Below are positions 30,063-40,227 of a DNA stretch of 64,000 nt, piece after piece. Below the pieces are notes generated by a model that searched no databases, was not told where the DNA came from, and saw nothing but the letters and a program-made list of their open reading frames with translations. The position numbers and the translations under genes were made by a program. Positions within the stretch are counted from its first letter, which is position 1. Every line of letters begins with the position of its first letter. This stretch comes from Candidatus Omnitrophota bacterium (GTDB lineage Bacteria > Omnitrophota > Gorgyraeia > B26-G9), in assembly GCA_018813905.1 (NCBI GenBank), contig JAHJAO010000086.1, positions 702 to 64,701 of the forward strand, given 5' to 3'.

Positions 30063-30502
30063 TTTAGACCTCTTTTCGATTTAGCCGGTATCCACTCGTC
30101 CAGTTCCAATATGCGCATGTGCACGGTATTATTTTCCGTTATCTTGACGTGCGCTTGTTGGCCGAGGGTAACAATGCCGTGCCAGATACCTTTTTTAAGC
30201 ACAATGGGTTTATCCAAGATAAATGCCTCAATATCCCGCGGCTTTTTCTGGGTAGAAACATAAAGAATTGATTTTCCCTTTACCGGTTCAAAACTCTCCA
30301 TGGAATAAGGATGCCGCTCTAACCGGTTGATCCGCTTCTCGCGCACAATAAGGTAGGCAATGCGCCAGCCTGTGACTTTAGCATCATTTACTACAATCCG
30401 GAACTGATTTTTGCTTTTTTTATTCTCTGGCCCCTGCCATTCGATAACCCAGCCGAATTTTTTAAAATTATTTTTGTTTATCTTCTTTGCCGTTATGTTC
30501 AT
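30059..30502 (-). CDS. small cupin-fold protein (ureidoglycolate lyase/AllA-like HPxSxExF motif)
   Basis: 147 aa. HPYSMESFEPVKG resembles the cupin metal-site motif. Its 3' end contains repeat copy 2. Confidence 0.5.
   Translation of the reverse strand: MNITAKKINKNNFKKFGWVIEWQGPENKKSKNQFRIVVNDAKVTGWRIAYLIVREKRINRLERHPYSMESFEPVKGKSILYVSTQKKPRDIEAFILDKPIVLKKGIWHGIVTLGQQAHVKITENNTVHMRILELDEWIPAKSKRGLK
30105..30165. repeat. 61-bp perfect direct repeat, copy 2 (inside the 3' end of the cupin gene)
   Basis: Identical to 26204-26264. The two copies are 3,901 bp apart and bracket the AT-rich M48 + membrane-protein segment. Confidence 0.9.
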
Positions 30503-32445
30503 CTTCCCTTTTTCCCTTTTGTAAAGTTCAATAATCCCCCGGCTTTTATAATTTCCTTTTGACGCGCGCTTAAAACATAGCTCAGCTCAAACTCTATCTT
30601 CTTCGTATCGTCTTGAATTACGATATTCCTGTTTTTATTCAAACACTTAAAAATGTCCGATATGGTAATTACGTCGTATTTTTCGATCCGGTCATAATCA
30701 TGCTTTCTAGCAAATACTAGCGGCAGAATGCCGAAATTCACTAGATTCGCCGCGTGAATACGTTCGAACGATTTGGCAAAAACCGCTTTTACCCCTAAAT
30801 ACATCGGGCACATGGCCGCATGCTCCCGGCTTGAACCTTGGCCGTAACTTTCACCGGCTAAAATAAAGGCGGCTTTCTTTTTCGCCTTTAATTTAAGCGC
30901 CCGACAGGCAAAATCAGGATCAATTTCTTTAAACACAAATTCGGAATACTTTTCTACGTTGGAACGGTATTTAAGATAAGACCCCGCGGGCATAATATGG
31001 TCGGTAGTAATTTTATCTGCGACTTTAATGGCGATATTACCCGTTAATTTATCTAAAAGAGGCGTATTTTTCGGCGGCGTGCCGATGTTTGGGCCGCGGT
31101 AAATAGTGACACTAGAAGAAACTTTCTGGTTTTGGATAATCATGCGATCATCGATATCAAATTTATCCGGCATTTTAAAACGGGGGATATCTTTACCCTC
31201 TTTATCCCATGGGTTTGCAATTCGCCCGGTGATCGCGGAAAAAGCCGCGGTTTCCGGCGATACCAAATACACTTTTGCTGATTTTGTACCGCTGCGGCCT
31301 TCGAAATTACGGTTACTTGTACGCAGGGATATTGCGTTTGTCTTTGGCGCCTGGCCAATGCCGATACAAAATCCGCATACGCTTTCCATTATTCTCGCAC
31401 CGCTATCGATTAAGCTGGATAAGGTACCATTTTTGGAAATCATGGACAAGACCTGACGCGAACCGGGCGCTATCGCCAAAGACACGTCCGGATGCACTGT
31501 TTTTCCTTCCAGGATTTTACCCGCCACCATTAAATCCCGTAACGAAGAATTAGTACAGCTGCCGATAATAACCTGATCCACTTTTTCTCCGGCTACTTTT
31601 TTTATGGGCACGACATTTCCCGGTGAATGCGGTAAGCTGGCCATAGGCACAATTTTCGACAAGTCGACGGTTAGTGTCTTTGCATACTCGCACTGGGCAT
31701 CTGCGGACAACTGCTGCCAATCCTTCTTTCTGTCTTGCGCTATCAAAAACTGCCGCGTTATTTCATCGGAAGGAAAAATGCTTGTAGTCACCCCGGTTTC
31801 CGCGCCCATATTCGCAATGGTCGCACGTTCCGGCACAGAAAGAGTCCTTACGCCCTCGCCGCAATATTCCAGCACGTTATTCACGTTGCCCTTTGTGGAC
31901 AGGATGCTTAAAATATAAAGAATAACATCTTTTGCCGAGACCCAACTGCGTAATTTGCCCTCCAGTTCGACCCGGATAACCCGGGGCACGGTAAGATAAA
32001 ACGCACTTCCGCTCATGGCCACGGCGACATCCAATCCCCCCGCCCCAATAGCGAGCATACCGATACCGCCCGCGGTCGGAGTATGGCTATCCGAACCGAG
32101 CAATGTCTTGCCCGGCTTGGCAAACCGCTCAAGATGCACCTGATGGCAAATACCGTTTCCCGCTCTTGAGAATTTAATCCCGTATTTTGCCGCTACGGTC
32201 TGTAAGTACCGGTGGTCGTCCGCATTTTCAAAACCAACCTGGAGCGTATTATGGTCCACATAGCTTACGGACAGCTCCGTCTTAATGCGCGGTATCGCCA
32301 TAGCTTCAAATTGTAAATAGGCCATGGTTCCGGTCGCGTCCTGAGTCAGGGTCTGGTCGATTTTAATCCCGATTTCTTCCCCTGACGCTAATTTCCCGGA
32401 GACGAGATGATTTTTTAAAATTTTATAAGTTAGGTTAAGTCCCAT
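30499..32445 (-). CDS. aconitase-family hydro-lyase, compact 648-aa form, catalytic domains 1-3 + C-terminal swivel domain
   Basis: GSDSHTPTAGG, IGSCTNSS and swivel-domain SREHAAM motifs. AcnA-type domain order. Substrate (aconitate vs isopropylmalate vs homoaconitate) not decidable from sequence. Confidence 0.75.
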   Translation of the reverse strand: MGLNLTYKILKNHLVSGKLASGEEIGIKIDQTLTQDATGTMAYLQFEAMAIPRIKTELSVSYVDHNTLQVGFENADDHRYLQTVAAKYGIKFSRAGNGICHQVHLERFAKPGKTLLGSDSHTPTAGGIGMLAIGAGGLDVAVAMSGSAFYLTVPRVIRVELEGKLRSWVSAKDVILYILSILSTKGNVNNVLEYCGEGVRTLSVPERATIANMGAETGVTTSIFPSDEITRQFLIAQDRKKDWQQLSADAQCEYAKTLTVDLSKIVPMASLPHSPGNVVPIKKVAGEKVDQVIIGSCTNSSLRDLMVAGKILEGKTVHPDVSLAIAPGSRQVLSMISKNGTLSSLIDSGARIMESVCGFCIGIGQAPKTNAISLRTSNRNFEGRSGTKSAKVYLVSPETAAFSAITGRIANPWDKEGKDIPRFKMPDKFDIDDRMIIQNQKVSSSVTIYRGPNIGTPPKNTPLLDKLTGNIAIKVADKITTDHIMPAGSYLKYRSNVEKYSEFVFKEIDPDFACRALKLKAKKKAAFILAGESYGQGSSREHAAMCPMYLGVKAVFAKSFERIHAANLVNFGILPLVFARKHDYDRIEKYDVITISDIFKCLNKNRNIVIQDDTKKIEFELSYVLSARQKEIIKAGGLLNFTKGKKGR

Positions 32446-32478
32446 TACGCTTTTTCCTTTCTTATTTGTTTTTTAAAA

Positions 32479-33435
32479 CTATAACCTTACAAGTTTCGGT
32501 TTTCCGCGTTCGTTCACGATAAAAATCACCCGCATATGCATCTGCGGCATTTGTTTTAAAAAATCTTGCGTCTTATCTTTTCCCATCACAAAAAAAGCCG
32601 TGGCAAACACGTCCGCATCTAGAGCCTTGCCGGATATAACCGTAACACTCAAAATGTTATCCGCCTCTGCGGATACGGCGATGCTCTCTGACGCCGGATT
32701 TACGATATGCTTTTTTATATAATTGCCGGACGTCGTCACCGCGCGGTTTTTAAGGTTAAACGGTTCAATTATCTCCTCGTGCCTTAGCGGATTTCTTATG
32801 CCCACCCGCCAGAGGCGTCCGGCCGCGTTCAGACCGTGCGCATACACGTCGCCGCCGATATCCACAAGAAAATTCTCTATTCCCGCATCTTCAAAGTACT
32901 CAATAACTTTATCCAGGCAAAATCCGGCCGCGATACCACCCAAGTCGATTTTTGCATTAGGCTCTTTAAAATAAACCGTCCTTTCGTTTTTATCCAAGAC
33001 AATACTACCATATCCGCCTTTTCGCTGTAAAGAGGTAGCTGTAACATCAAACGTTCCGTGCGTAATTTCAGCATAATAAACCGCCTTATCGATTATTTCA
33101 AACATATCACTGCTTACCCGAACCGGTTCTAACATCGCTCGCCTGTTGATAAAGCTTAATTCACTCTCTTTTTCATAAAAATTAAACATCCGGTCATACT
33201 TTTTTATAAGCGAAAACGCCTCTTTTAAATAATTCGCCGCGCCCGGAGACTTAGAAACAACCGTCACGCGCACTTCGGTTCCCATTAGAATCATCTTCCG
33301 GTTTAAAACGGTATCGGTTTTCGCGCAGCGGGACAAGCTCACCGCACAAACAGAAATAAACAGAACTATAAAAATGGATCTTGCTTTTAAACGGTGTGTT
33401 TTAACTGGAAAGATAGGCAATATTTTTTTTGACAC
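32479..33435 (-). CDS. apbE: FAD:protein FMN transferase (ApbE family), exported lipoprotein-like
   Basis: 318 aa. Signal/lipobox-like N-terminus (VSLSRCAK). ApbE conserved GGIAKG-like GGIAAG and MGTEVRVTV blocks. Confidence 0.75.
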   Translation of the reverse strand: MSKKILPIFPVKTHRLKARSIFIVLFISVCAVSLSRCAKTDTVLNRKMILMGTEVRVTVVSKSPGAANYLKEAFSLIKKYDRMFNFYEKESELSFINRRAMLEPVRVSSDMFEIIDKAVYYAEITHGTFDVTATSLQRKGGYGSIVLDKNERTVYFKEPNAKIDLGGIAAGFCLDKVIEYFEDAGIENFLVDIGGDVYAHGLNAAGRLWRVGIRNPLRHEEIIEPFNLKNRAVTTSGNYIKKHIVNPASESIAVSAEADNILSVTVISGKALDADVFATAFFVMGKDKTQDFLKQMPQMHMRVIFIVNERGKPKLVRL

Positions 33436-33444
33436 AACCTGAAT

Positions 33445-34365
33445 TTATTTTTTTAAGCGGCTGAATGTGTCCTTTACTGATTGCGCATAGTTGGACAGTT
33501 GCTTTTGTTCTTTGGGATTGAGTTTTACCTGAATAATTTCTTCAATTCCGTTTCTGCCGAGTTTTACGGGAACGCCGATGCAGATATCTTTTAAGTTATA
33601 CTCGCCGGAAAGCCAAACGCAGGCGGGAACAACTTTTTGCTCGTTTTTTAAGATAGCCTTAACCATCAAAAAAACCGCGGCCGAAGGAGCGTAATAAGCG
33701 CTGCCTTTGCCCAAAAGGGAAACGATTTCCGCGCCACGTTTTATCGTGTTCTCGACAATCAGATCTAATTTCTCCCGGGATAAAAGTTCCAAAACACCGA
33801 TACCGTTTACCGTACAATAACGCAACAGCGGCATCATCGCCTCGCCATGCGCGCCGATAACCAGCGTTTTAACCGATTCTGCACTAACATTCAACTCCTG
33901 GGCGATAAGATTAGAGAACCGGGAAGCATCCAACACTCCGCCCATTCCCATCACTCTCTTCGGATTAAAATTGCTTTCTTTTAAAGCCACGTAGGTGAGA
34001 ATATCCAAAGGGTTAGTGACCATAATCAAGATGCAATCGCGGGCATACTTTGCCACTTCCTTAACCACCTGCCTGGTGATAGAAACATTTTTCTTTAATA
34101 AATCTTCTCTGGTCATGCCCGGCTGCCGGGGAAAACCCGCCGTAACTACGACAATATCGGAGGCGCAAATCTTTTTATAATCGCCGGTGCCTTCCACTTT
34201 TGCCGTGATGGAGGTAAGTGATTTGGCATCCGCTAAATCCAATGCCTTTGCCCGAGCCATGCCGGAAGCAATATCCACCAGCACCACATCACATAAATCC
34301 GCCTCGACAATCCTCTGGGCTAAAGTTCCGCCTACATTACCGGCGCCGATTACCGCTACTTTCAT
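33445..34365 (-). CDS. mdh: malate dehydrogenase (LDH-like, NAD-dependent)
   Basis: 306 aa. [15 protein letters not shown] Rossmann motif. Arg in the substrate-specificity loop ([10 protein letters not shown]) as in MDH. Confidence 0.85.
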   Translation of the reverse strand: MKVAVIGAGNVGGTLAQRIVEADLCDVVLVDIASGMARAKALDLADAKSLTSITAKVEGTGDYKKICASDIVVVTAGFPRQPGMTREDLLKKNVSITRQVVKEVAKYARDCILIMVTNPLDILTYVALKESNFNPKRVMGMGGVLDASRFSNLIAQELNVSAESVKTLVIGAHGEAMMPLLRYCTVNGIGVLELLSREKLDLIVENTIKRGAEIVSLLGKGSAYYAPSAAVFLMVKAILKNEQKVVPACVWLSGEYNLKDICIGVPVKLGRNGIEEIIQVKLNPKEQKQLSNYAQSVKDTFSRLKK

Positions 34366-35456
34366 AATTTTTCTTTCACTTTCTTTATAATCGCGTCCGT
34401 CATCTCTTTTGTGCCTACCGCGGTCGGATCATCACGGCTCTCTTTAAAATCATATGTTACGAATTTTCCTTCTTTGATAACTTCAGCTACCGCTTGCTCT
34501 AAAATTCGCGCAAGTTTCTCTTCTTTCAAATGCTCCAGCATCAACACCCCGGATAAAATCATGGCTACCGGACTAACTTTGTTTTTTCCCTTGTATTTGG
34601 GCGCGCTGCCGTGCGTCGCTTCGAACAAAGCGCCGCGTTCACCGATATTAGCTCCCGGAGCAACCCCCAGCCCGCCAACCAAACCAGCGCATAAATCAGA
34701 AATTATATCTCCATACAGATTGGGCAAGACCAAAACATCATAAATCTCGGGCTTCTGAACCAGCTGCATGCACATGTTGTCTACGATGCGGTCCTCAAAC
34801 TCCACTTTATTTTCGTATTTGAGCGCGACCTCCCGCGCAACCTTTAGAAATAAACCGTCCGTATGCTTCATGATATTTGCCTTATGCACGGCCGTAACCT
34901 TTCGGCGTTTGTGCGCCAACGCATATTCAAAAGCGAACTTTACGATACGTTCTGTCCCGGAAATTGACATCGGCTTGATACTGAGCCCGGAGTCTTGCCG
35001 GATGACGCTTTTAGAAAGCGCGTTAATTTTTTCGATTAATTCCCGGGTGGACTTCTGATTCACTTCGAATTCGATACCTGCGTATAAATCCTCCGTATTT
35101 TCCCGGACGACTACGAGATCGATATTCTGATAGCGGGATCTTACTCCCGGATATGACTTACAAGGACGCACACAGGCATAAAGATCCAAGGATTTGCGCA
35201 AGGCGACATTTATGGACCGAAATCCACTGCCTACCGGGGTAGTGATCGGGCCCTTTATCGCCGTTTTGTTTTTTGTTATCGAATCCAGAACCAATTTTGG
35301 CAGAAGCTCCCCTGTTTTCTCAAGCGCCTCGGGCCCGGCAATAACCTCTTCAAATTCAATATCCACACCCGTCGCTTTTATGCAACGCCGCGCGGAATTA
35401 GCTACTTCCGGACCAATGCCATCGCCGGGGATAAAAGTGACTTTATACTTTGCCAA
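34362..35456 (-). CDS. icd: isocitrate dehydrogenase-type beta-decarboxylating dehydrogenase (IDH/IMDH family)
   Basis: 364 aa. [11 protein letters not shown]-terminus. [15 protein letters not shown] resembles the ICDH HGTAPKYAGQDKVNP rather than the LeuB APDIAG motif. Confidence 0.65.
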   Translation of the reverse strand: MAKYKVTFIPGDGIGPEVANSARRCIKATGVDIEFEEVIAGPEALEKTGELLPKLVLDSITKNKTAIKGPITTPVGSGFRSINVALRKSLDLYACVRPCKSYPGVRSRYQNIDLVVVRENTEDLYAGIEFEVNQKSTRELIEKINALSKSVIRQDSGLSIKPMSISGTERIVKFAFEYALAHKRRKVTAVHKANIMKHTDGLFLKVAREVALKYENKVEFEDRIVDNMCMQLVQKPEIYDVLVLPNLYGDIISDLCAGLVGGLGVAPGANIGERGALFEATHGSAPKYKGKNKVSPVAMILSGVLMLEHLKEEKLARILEQAVAEVIKEGKFVTYDFKESRDDPTAVGTKEMTDAIIKKVKEKL

Positions 35457-35498
35457 CTGTTCTCCTTTGCGAAAATAATTTGGGATTTGAAATTTATA

Positions 35499-36662
35499 TT
35501 ATAACTTCCTTACCCATTCTTCAATTCTATCTAAGCCTTTAGTTATCTGTTCCATGCTTGTGGCAAAACTTAAGCGGATATATTTGTCGTCGCCAAAGCC
35601 GACGCCGGGCACAACCGCTACCCGGGCCTCATCTAACAGGCGTGCGGCAAAAGTAACGGAGTCAAGACCGACCCGGGATATGTTAGAAAAGGCATAAAAC
35701 GCCCCTTGCGGGCAGAAGACGCTCATATTTTTCATGTTAGAGATGCGTTCGACTAAATAATCACGCCGTTTTAAAAATTCATCCCGCATCTTATTTACAA
35801 AATCGTCCGGCCCCTCGAGCGCCGTCACCGCCGCGGCCTGGGCAATGGAATTAGGACAAGAAGTGGAATGATCCTGCAAATTCGATATTTTCTCGACCGG
35901 CTCCTTTGGTCCCGCCAAATAACCGATTCTCCAGCCGGTCATTGAATACGCTTTAGAAAGGCCGTTTACGGTGAAAGTCCGCTTGTAGACTTCCTTATCC
36001 AAGCCGGCTATTGAATAATGACGCGCATCACCATAGATAAGCTTTTCATAGATCTCATCGCTTATGACAAAAATATCTTCTTTTGCGGCAATACGCGCAA
36101 TCTCCAAAAGTTCTTCTTTTGTGTAAACAGCGCCCGTGGGGTTGGAAGGAGAGTTTATAATAACCGCTTTTGTCTTTTTTGTAAGCGCGGCTTGTAATTT
36201 TTTCGGTGTGATTTTAAATCCGTCTTTTTCGCCTGTTCCAACAAATACCGGAGTTGCTTCGGCAACCTTGACCATCTCCGGGTATGAAACCCAGTAAGGT
36301 GCGGGAATTATTACTTCATCACCCCGCTCGCAGAGAACTTGAAAGATACTGTAGAGGGCATGCTTTGCGCCGCAAGACACTACAATCTGTTCCGGACGGT
36401 AATGCAGAAGATTGTCGCGTTCTAACTTACCGATTATCGCCTCTTTTAAAGCCGCGGTGCCGGTAGAAGGGGTATATTTGGTCATTCCCTGCTGAAGTGC
36501 ACATACCGCTGCGTCTTTTATGTATTGCGGCGTATCAAAATCCGGTTCTCCCGCGCCAAAGCTTACGACATCCACACCGCTTTTTTTCAATTGCTTTGCT
36601 TTGTTTGTAATTTGCAGCGTAGGAGATGAGGACAGACTTTTAACCCGGCCGGCAAGTTTCAT
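35499..36662 (-). CDS. aspartate/aromatic aminotransferase (class I PLP fold)
   Basis: 387 aa. PLP lysine in SKAYSMTGWRIGY. Typical AAT class I organisation. Confidence 0.8.
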   Translation of the reverse strand: MKLAGRVKSLSSSPTLQITNKAKQLKKSGVDVVSFGAGEPDFDTPQYIKDAAVCALQQGMTKYTPSTGTAALKEAIIGKLERDNLLHYRPEQIVVSCGAKHALYSIFQVLCERGDEVIIPAPYWVSYPEMVKVAEATPVFVGTGEKDGFKITPKKLQAALTKKTKAVIINSPSNPTGAVYTKEELLEIARIAAKEDIFVISDEIYEKLIYGDARHYSIAGLDKEVYKRTFTVNGLSKAYSMTGWRIGYLAGPKEPVEKISNLQDHSTSCPNSIAQAAAVTALEGPDDFVNKMRDEFLKRRDYLVERISNMKNMSVFCPQGAFYAFSNISRVGLDSVTFAARLLDEARVAVVPGVGFGDDKYIRLSFATSMEQITKGLDRIEEWVRKL

Positions 36663-36680
36663 CTTTACTATTTAATACTC

Positions 36681-37310
36681 TTAGTCTTTTGGTTTCTTTA
36701 AAAATTTACGCAACCCGCCTAAAAATCCTTTTTGCTCGTCTTTCTTCTTTTGCGCCTGTTTTTCCTCTTTTCCGGAAGCCGCATGTTCCGGTTTCTTTAT
36801 AGCATCCGCGGTTTTTTCTTCTTTCTTTTCCTCAAGAACTTCAGCCTCTTCTATTTCTTTCGGCTCTTTTTGTTTTAGAGCCGACTTTACTTCCTTTTTT
36901 GGCTCTTTTCTATCCTTAACTTCTTTTTTGCCTTTTTTCTCTTCTTTTTTTTCTTTTTGTTCTACAAGCTCCAAGATCGCCAGCCTCGCATTATCGCCCC
37001 GCCGGTTACCAAAATGAACAATCCGCGTATAACCGCCGTTACGTTTTGCAAAGCGGGGGCCGATTTCGCCAAACAACAATTTAACCAGCGCGTGATCGGT
37101 AAGTATTTTAAAAGCCTGGCGCCGGGCAGAAAGTGTATCTTGCCGACCCAAGGTAATAAGCCGTTCCGCGAGCTTTCTCGCTTCCTTGGCCAGCGCTAAA
37201 TTCGTGTTAATTTTCTCTTTTACAAGCAGGCTCTTAACCACATTCTTCAAAACCGCCCTGCGGTGAGCGCTTTGCCTGCTTAACCTCTTACTATTTTTCC
37301 TATGGCGCAT
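36681..37310 (-). CDS. rplQ: 50S ribosomal protein L17 with ~90-aa C-terminal Lys/Glu-rich extension
   Basis: The N-terminal 120 aa are canonical bL17 (MRHRKNSKRLSRQSAHRRA...). The C-terminus is low-complexity KE-rich (KKEEKKGKKEVKDRKEPKKEVK...). Confidence 0.9.
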   Translation of the reverse strand: MRHRKNSKRLSRQSAHRRAVLKNVVKSLLVKEKINTNLALAKEARKLAERLITLGRQDTLSARRQAFKILTDHALVKLLFGEIGPRFAKRNGGYTRIVHFGNRRGDNARLAILELVEQKEKKEEKKGKKEVKDRKEPKKEVKSALKQKEPKEIEEAEVLEEKKEEKTADAIKKPEHAASGKEEKQAQKKKDEQKGFLGGLRKFLKKPKD

Positions 37311-37315
37311 AACGA

Positions 37316-38302
37316 TTATTCCTTCTTATTTAAAAGGTCATCTATCTTCATGCCGAAAGATAACCCCATTGCCTGCAATATTAAGTTAATTTCGGCAAGA
37401 GATTTCTTCCCGAAATTGCGGTACTTAAGCATCTCCAGCTCCGTCTTTCTTACCAATTCCCCGACCACTTTAATTTTCGCTTCTTTAAGACAATTCGCGC
37501 TTCTCACCGACAAATCCAGCTCGGCTACCGGCATCTTCAGCTTTTCTAGAAACTCTTCATCCACGCCCGCTTTTTCTTCCTCTATTTCTTCCTCTTCGAT
37601 ATGGCCGAACTTCATAAAAATATCCAGGTGCCGCTGCGCGATATGTGCGGCATGCAGCAGGGCATCTTTCGGGTTAATACTGCCGTTGGTCCAAATTTCC
37701 AAAATCAGCCGGTCATAATCGGTTATTTGTCCGACGCGCGCATTTTCCACGTTAAAGTTTATTTTGGTAACCGGGGTATAAACAGCGTCCATTTTGATCA
37801 CACCAATAGTCTTCTCTTCCTCTTTCATCCTGTCTACGGGAACATAGCCGCGGCCTTTGGTTATGGTTAATTCCATGTTTAATTTAGCATCTTTCGCCAA
37901 AGTAGCAATATGCAAGTCCGGATTTACAATTTCCACGGTTTCATCAACGATTAAGTCACCGGCTGTGACTTCCTGCTTCTTCTCCGCTTTAATGTAAATA
38001 ACTTTTGGTGTCGTGCCATGCGTTTTTAAAACCAGTTTTTTTAAATTCAATATTATCTGGGATACATCTTCCAAGACTCCATCCACCGTGGAGAACTCAT
38101 GCTGTACGCCGGCAATCTTTACGGCGCTTACCGCGGCGCCTTCTATAGAAGAAAGCAGAACCCGTCTTAAGGTATTGCCGATTGTAATACCAAAACCCCG
38201 TTCAAAAGGATCCGCAATAAACTTCCCATATGTGCTCGTAAGGGTCGTTTCATCACAAACTATATTTTTTGGCATTTGAAAATCTTTCCAGCGCGCTCCC
38301 AT
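37316..38302 (-). CDS. rpoA: DNA-directed RNA polymerase alpha subunit
   Basis: 328 aa. Alpha NTD and CTD motifs. Position after rpsD/rpsK/rpsM. Confidence 0.95.
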   Translation of the reverse strand: MGARWKDFQMPKNIVCDETTLTSTYGKFIADPFERGFGITIGNTLRRVLLSSIEGAAVSAVKIAGVQHEFSTVDGVLEDVSQIILNLKKLVLKTHGTTPKVIYIKAEKKQEVTAGDLIVDETVEIVNPDLHIATLAKDAKLNMELTITKGRGYVPVDRMKEEEKTIGVIKMDAVYTPVTKINFNVENARVGQITDYDRLILEIWTNGSINPKDALLHAAHIAQRHLDIFMKFGHIEEEEIEEEKAGVDEEFLEKLKMPVAELDLSVRSANCLKEAKIKVVGELVRKTELEMLKYRNFGKKSLAEINLILQAMGLSFGMKIDDLLNKKE

Positions 38303-38346
38303 AAATACCTCCTTAAAGATCTAATAGACCAATATAAAAAAATTTA

Positions 38347-38976
38347 TTATTTCGAATACAACTCTACAATCAGCTGTTCCTGTACCGAAAAAGGAACATC
38401 CCCTCTTGCCGGCAAAGCAATGGTTTCCGCCTTTAAATTAGCTGCGTCCACTTTTAACCAGGGTGGAACGATTCGGTCTTTGGTAACTTCTAAGTTTTCC
38501 TTTATAAGTTTAATCAGTGTTACTTTGCCCCGCAACTGAATCTTTTCTCCCGCGCTTACCTGATACGACGGGATATCAACCTTGCGGCCTTCCACTAATA
38601 CATGACCATAACGGACAAACTGGCGACCTTGGGCTAAAGATGCGGCAAACCCGCAGCGAAAAACCACATTATCCAGCCGCCGCTCTAACATCTGCAGTAA
38701 TAACTCACCGGTAACTCCTTTGGCTCTTGCCGCATCATGAAAATATTTCCGGAACTGCCGCTCTAAGACACCGTAAATCCTCTTTACCTTCTGTTTTTCC
38801 CTAAGCTGCAAGCCATAATCGGATACTTTTATACGTTTATTCCGGCCATGCTGTCCCGGCGAATAACTGCGCCGACTAAAAGAGCATTTCTCGCTGCTGC
38901 AACGCAATCCTTTGAGAAATAATTTTGCCCCTTCTCTGCGACACATCCTGCATGTTGGTCCAATATAACGTGCCAT
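38347..38976 (-). CDS. rpsD: 30S ribosomal protein S4
   Basis: 209 aa. [17 protein letters not shown]-terminus with zinc knuckle, S4 domain. Confidence 0.95.
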   Translation of the reverse strand: MARYIGPTCRMCRREGAKLFLKGLRCSSEKCSFSRRSYSPGQHGRNKRIKVSDYGLQLREKQKVKRIYGVLERQFRKYFHDAARAKGVTGELLLQMLERRLDNVVFRCGFAASLAQGRQFVRYGHVLVEGRKVDIPSYQVSAGEKIQLRGKVTLIKLIKENLEVTKDRIVPPWLKVDAANLKAETIALPARGDVPFSVQEQLIVELYSK

Positions 38977-39082
38977 TACGCCTCCAAATCTTGTTTGATT
39001 TTAATGCTCTTTTTTATAATTCTGTTTTTGATTTTTTTATTTTGAATTTTTAACTTATGATTTATACCTTTTAACTTCCCGG

Positions 39083-39472
39083 CTATACTCTTCTGCGTTT
39101 CGGCGGCCGGCAGCCATTATGCGGAATCGGCGTTACATCTTTAATTAAATTAATCTGTAGTCCCGCTGCCTGTAAAGCGCGGATTGCCGATTCTCTTCCC
39201 GAACCCGGACCTTTAACATAAACGGCTATTTCTTTCATCCCCGTATCTTTTGCCGTCTTAGCCGCTTTAGCGGCGGCCATTTGAGCGGCAAACGGCGTGG
39301 ATTTGCGTGATCCTTTAAACCCGCTAGTGCCGGCGCTTGCCCAAGCAACGGAATTACCTTTTAAATCGGTTATCGTAACTATCGTATTGTTGAATGTCGC
39401 CTGAATATGCGCGATACCCTCCGTCAGGTTGCGTATAATCTTTTTTTTCGATTTAAATTTTTTCTTTGCCAC
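39083..39472 (-). CDS. rpsK: 30S ribosomal protein S11
   Basis: 129 aa. Canonical uS11 sequence. Confidence 0.95.
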   Translation of the reverse strand: MAKKKFKSKKKIIRNLTEGIAHIQATFNNTIVTITDLKGNSVAWASAGTSGFKGSRKSTPFAAQMAAAKAAKTAKDTGMKEIAVYVKGPGSGRESAIRALQAAGLQINLIKDVTPIPHNGCRPPKRRRV

Positions 39473-39491
39473 AATTCCTCCTTAAAAACTT

Positions 39492-39869
39492 TTAAGTTGC
39501 CGCTATCTTTTTCATCCCGAGATTGCGCCGCGGCCCTTTACGTGTGCGGGCATTAGTTTTTGTGCGTTGGCCCCGTACCGGCAAACCCCGTTTATGGCGC
39601 ATGCCCCGGTAAGCGCCGATTTCCATCAAGCGTTTAATGTTTTGAGAAATCTCGCGCCGCAAATCCCCTTCAACCTGGTGGTCTTTCTGAATAATTGCGG
39701 CAATCCGTGAAATCTCCGTCTCCGTTAAATCCTTTGCCCGGGTATTGGGATCAACCTTGGCGATACTTAAAATCCTGTTGGAAACAGCTCTGCCAATACC
39801 GTATATATAAGTCAACGCAATCTCTATCCTCTTTTCCTTCGGTAAATCAATACCAACAATTCTCGGCAC
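39492..39869 (-). CDS. rpsM: 30S ribosomal protein S13
   Basis: 125 aa. [26 protein letters not shown] canonical uS13. Confidence 0.95.
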   Translation of the reverse strand: MPRIVGIDLPKEKRIEIALTYIYGIGRAVSNRILSIAKVDPNTRAKDLTETEISRIAAIIQKDHQVEGDLRREISQNIKRLMEIGAYRGMRHKRGLPVRGQRTKTNARTRKGPRRNLGMKKIAAT

Positions 39870-39878
39870 AATCTCCTC

Positions 39879-39992
39879 CTACCCTTGTTTTTGCTTGTGT
39901 TTAGGGTTTTTACAAATAACTCTCACAACGTTTTTTCTTTTAATTATGTGGCAGTTTTCACAAATCCTGCGCACGCTGGAACGAACTTTCAT
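39879..39992 (-). CDS. rpmJ: 50S ribosomal protein L36 (zinc-ribbon form)
   Basis: Not in the ORF track. Manual translation gives [37 protein letters not shown] (37 aa, C-x2-C-x12-C-x4-H). Lies between infA and rpsM as expected. Confidence 0.9.
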   Translation of the reverse strand: MKVRSSVRRICENCHIIKRKNVVRVICKNPKHKQKQG

Positions 39993-39993
39993 A

Positions 39994-40212
39994 TTATTTC
40001 CCTCGATAAATTATCCTTCCCCGGGTTAAATCATACGGGGAAAGTTCCAGAGTAACCTTATCTCCCGGCAAAATCCTTATAAAATGCATACGCATCTTAC
40101 CGGAAACATGCGCTAAAACGCGATGCCCGTTTTCGAGTTCCACCTTGAACATCGCATTTGGCAATGTTTCTAATATCTTCCCTTCTACCTGAATACCGGC
40201 TTCTTTTGCCAT
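39994..40212 (-). CDS. infA: translation initiation factor IF-1
   Basis: 72 aa. S1-like OB fold, canonical IF-1 sequence. Confidence 0.95.
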   Translation of the reverse strand: MAKEAGIQVEGKILETLPNAMFKVELENGHRVLAHVSGKMRMHFIRILPGDKVTLELSPYDLTRGRIIYRGK

Positions 40213-40227
40213 AATTTAACTTTATAT

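Noticed and set aside
38977-39082. AT-rich 106-nt gap between rpsK and rpsD as a possible S4 autoregulatory leader or promoter
   Set aside because: No convincing -35/-10 pair or pseudoknot could be identified by eye. Left unannotated.
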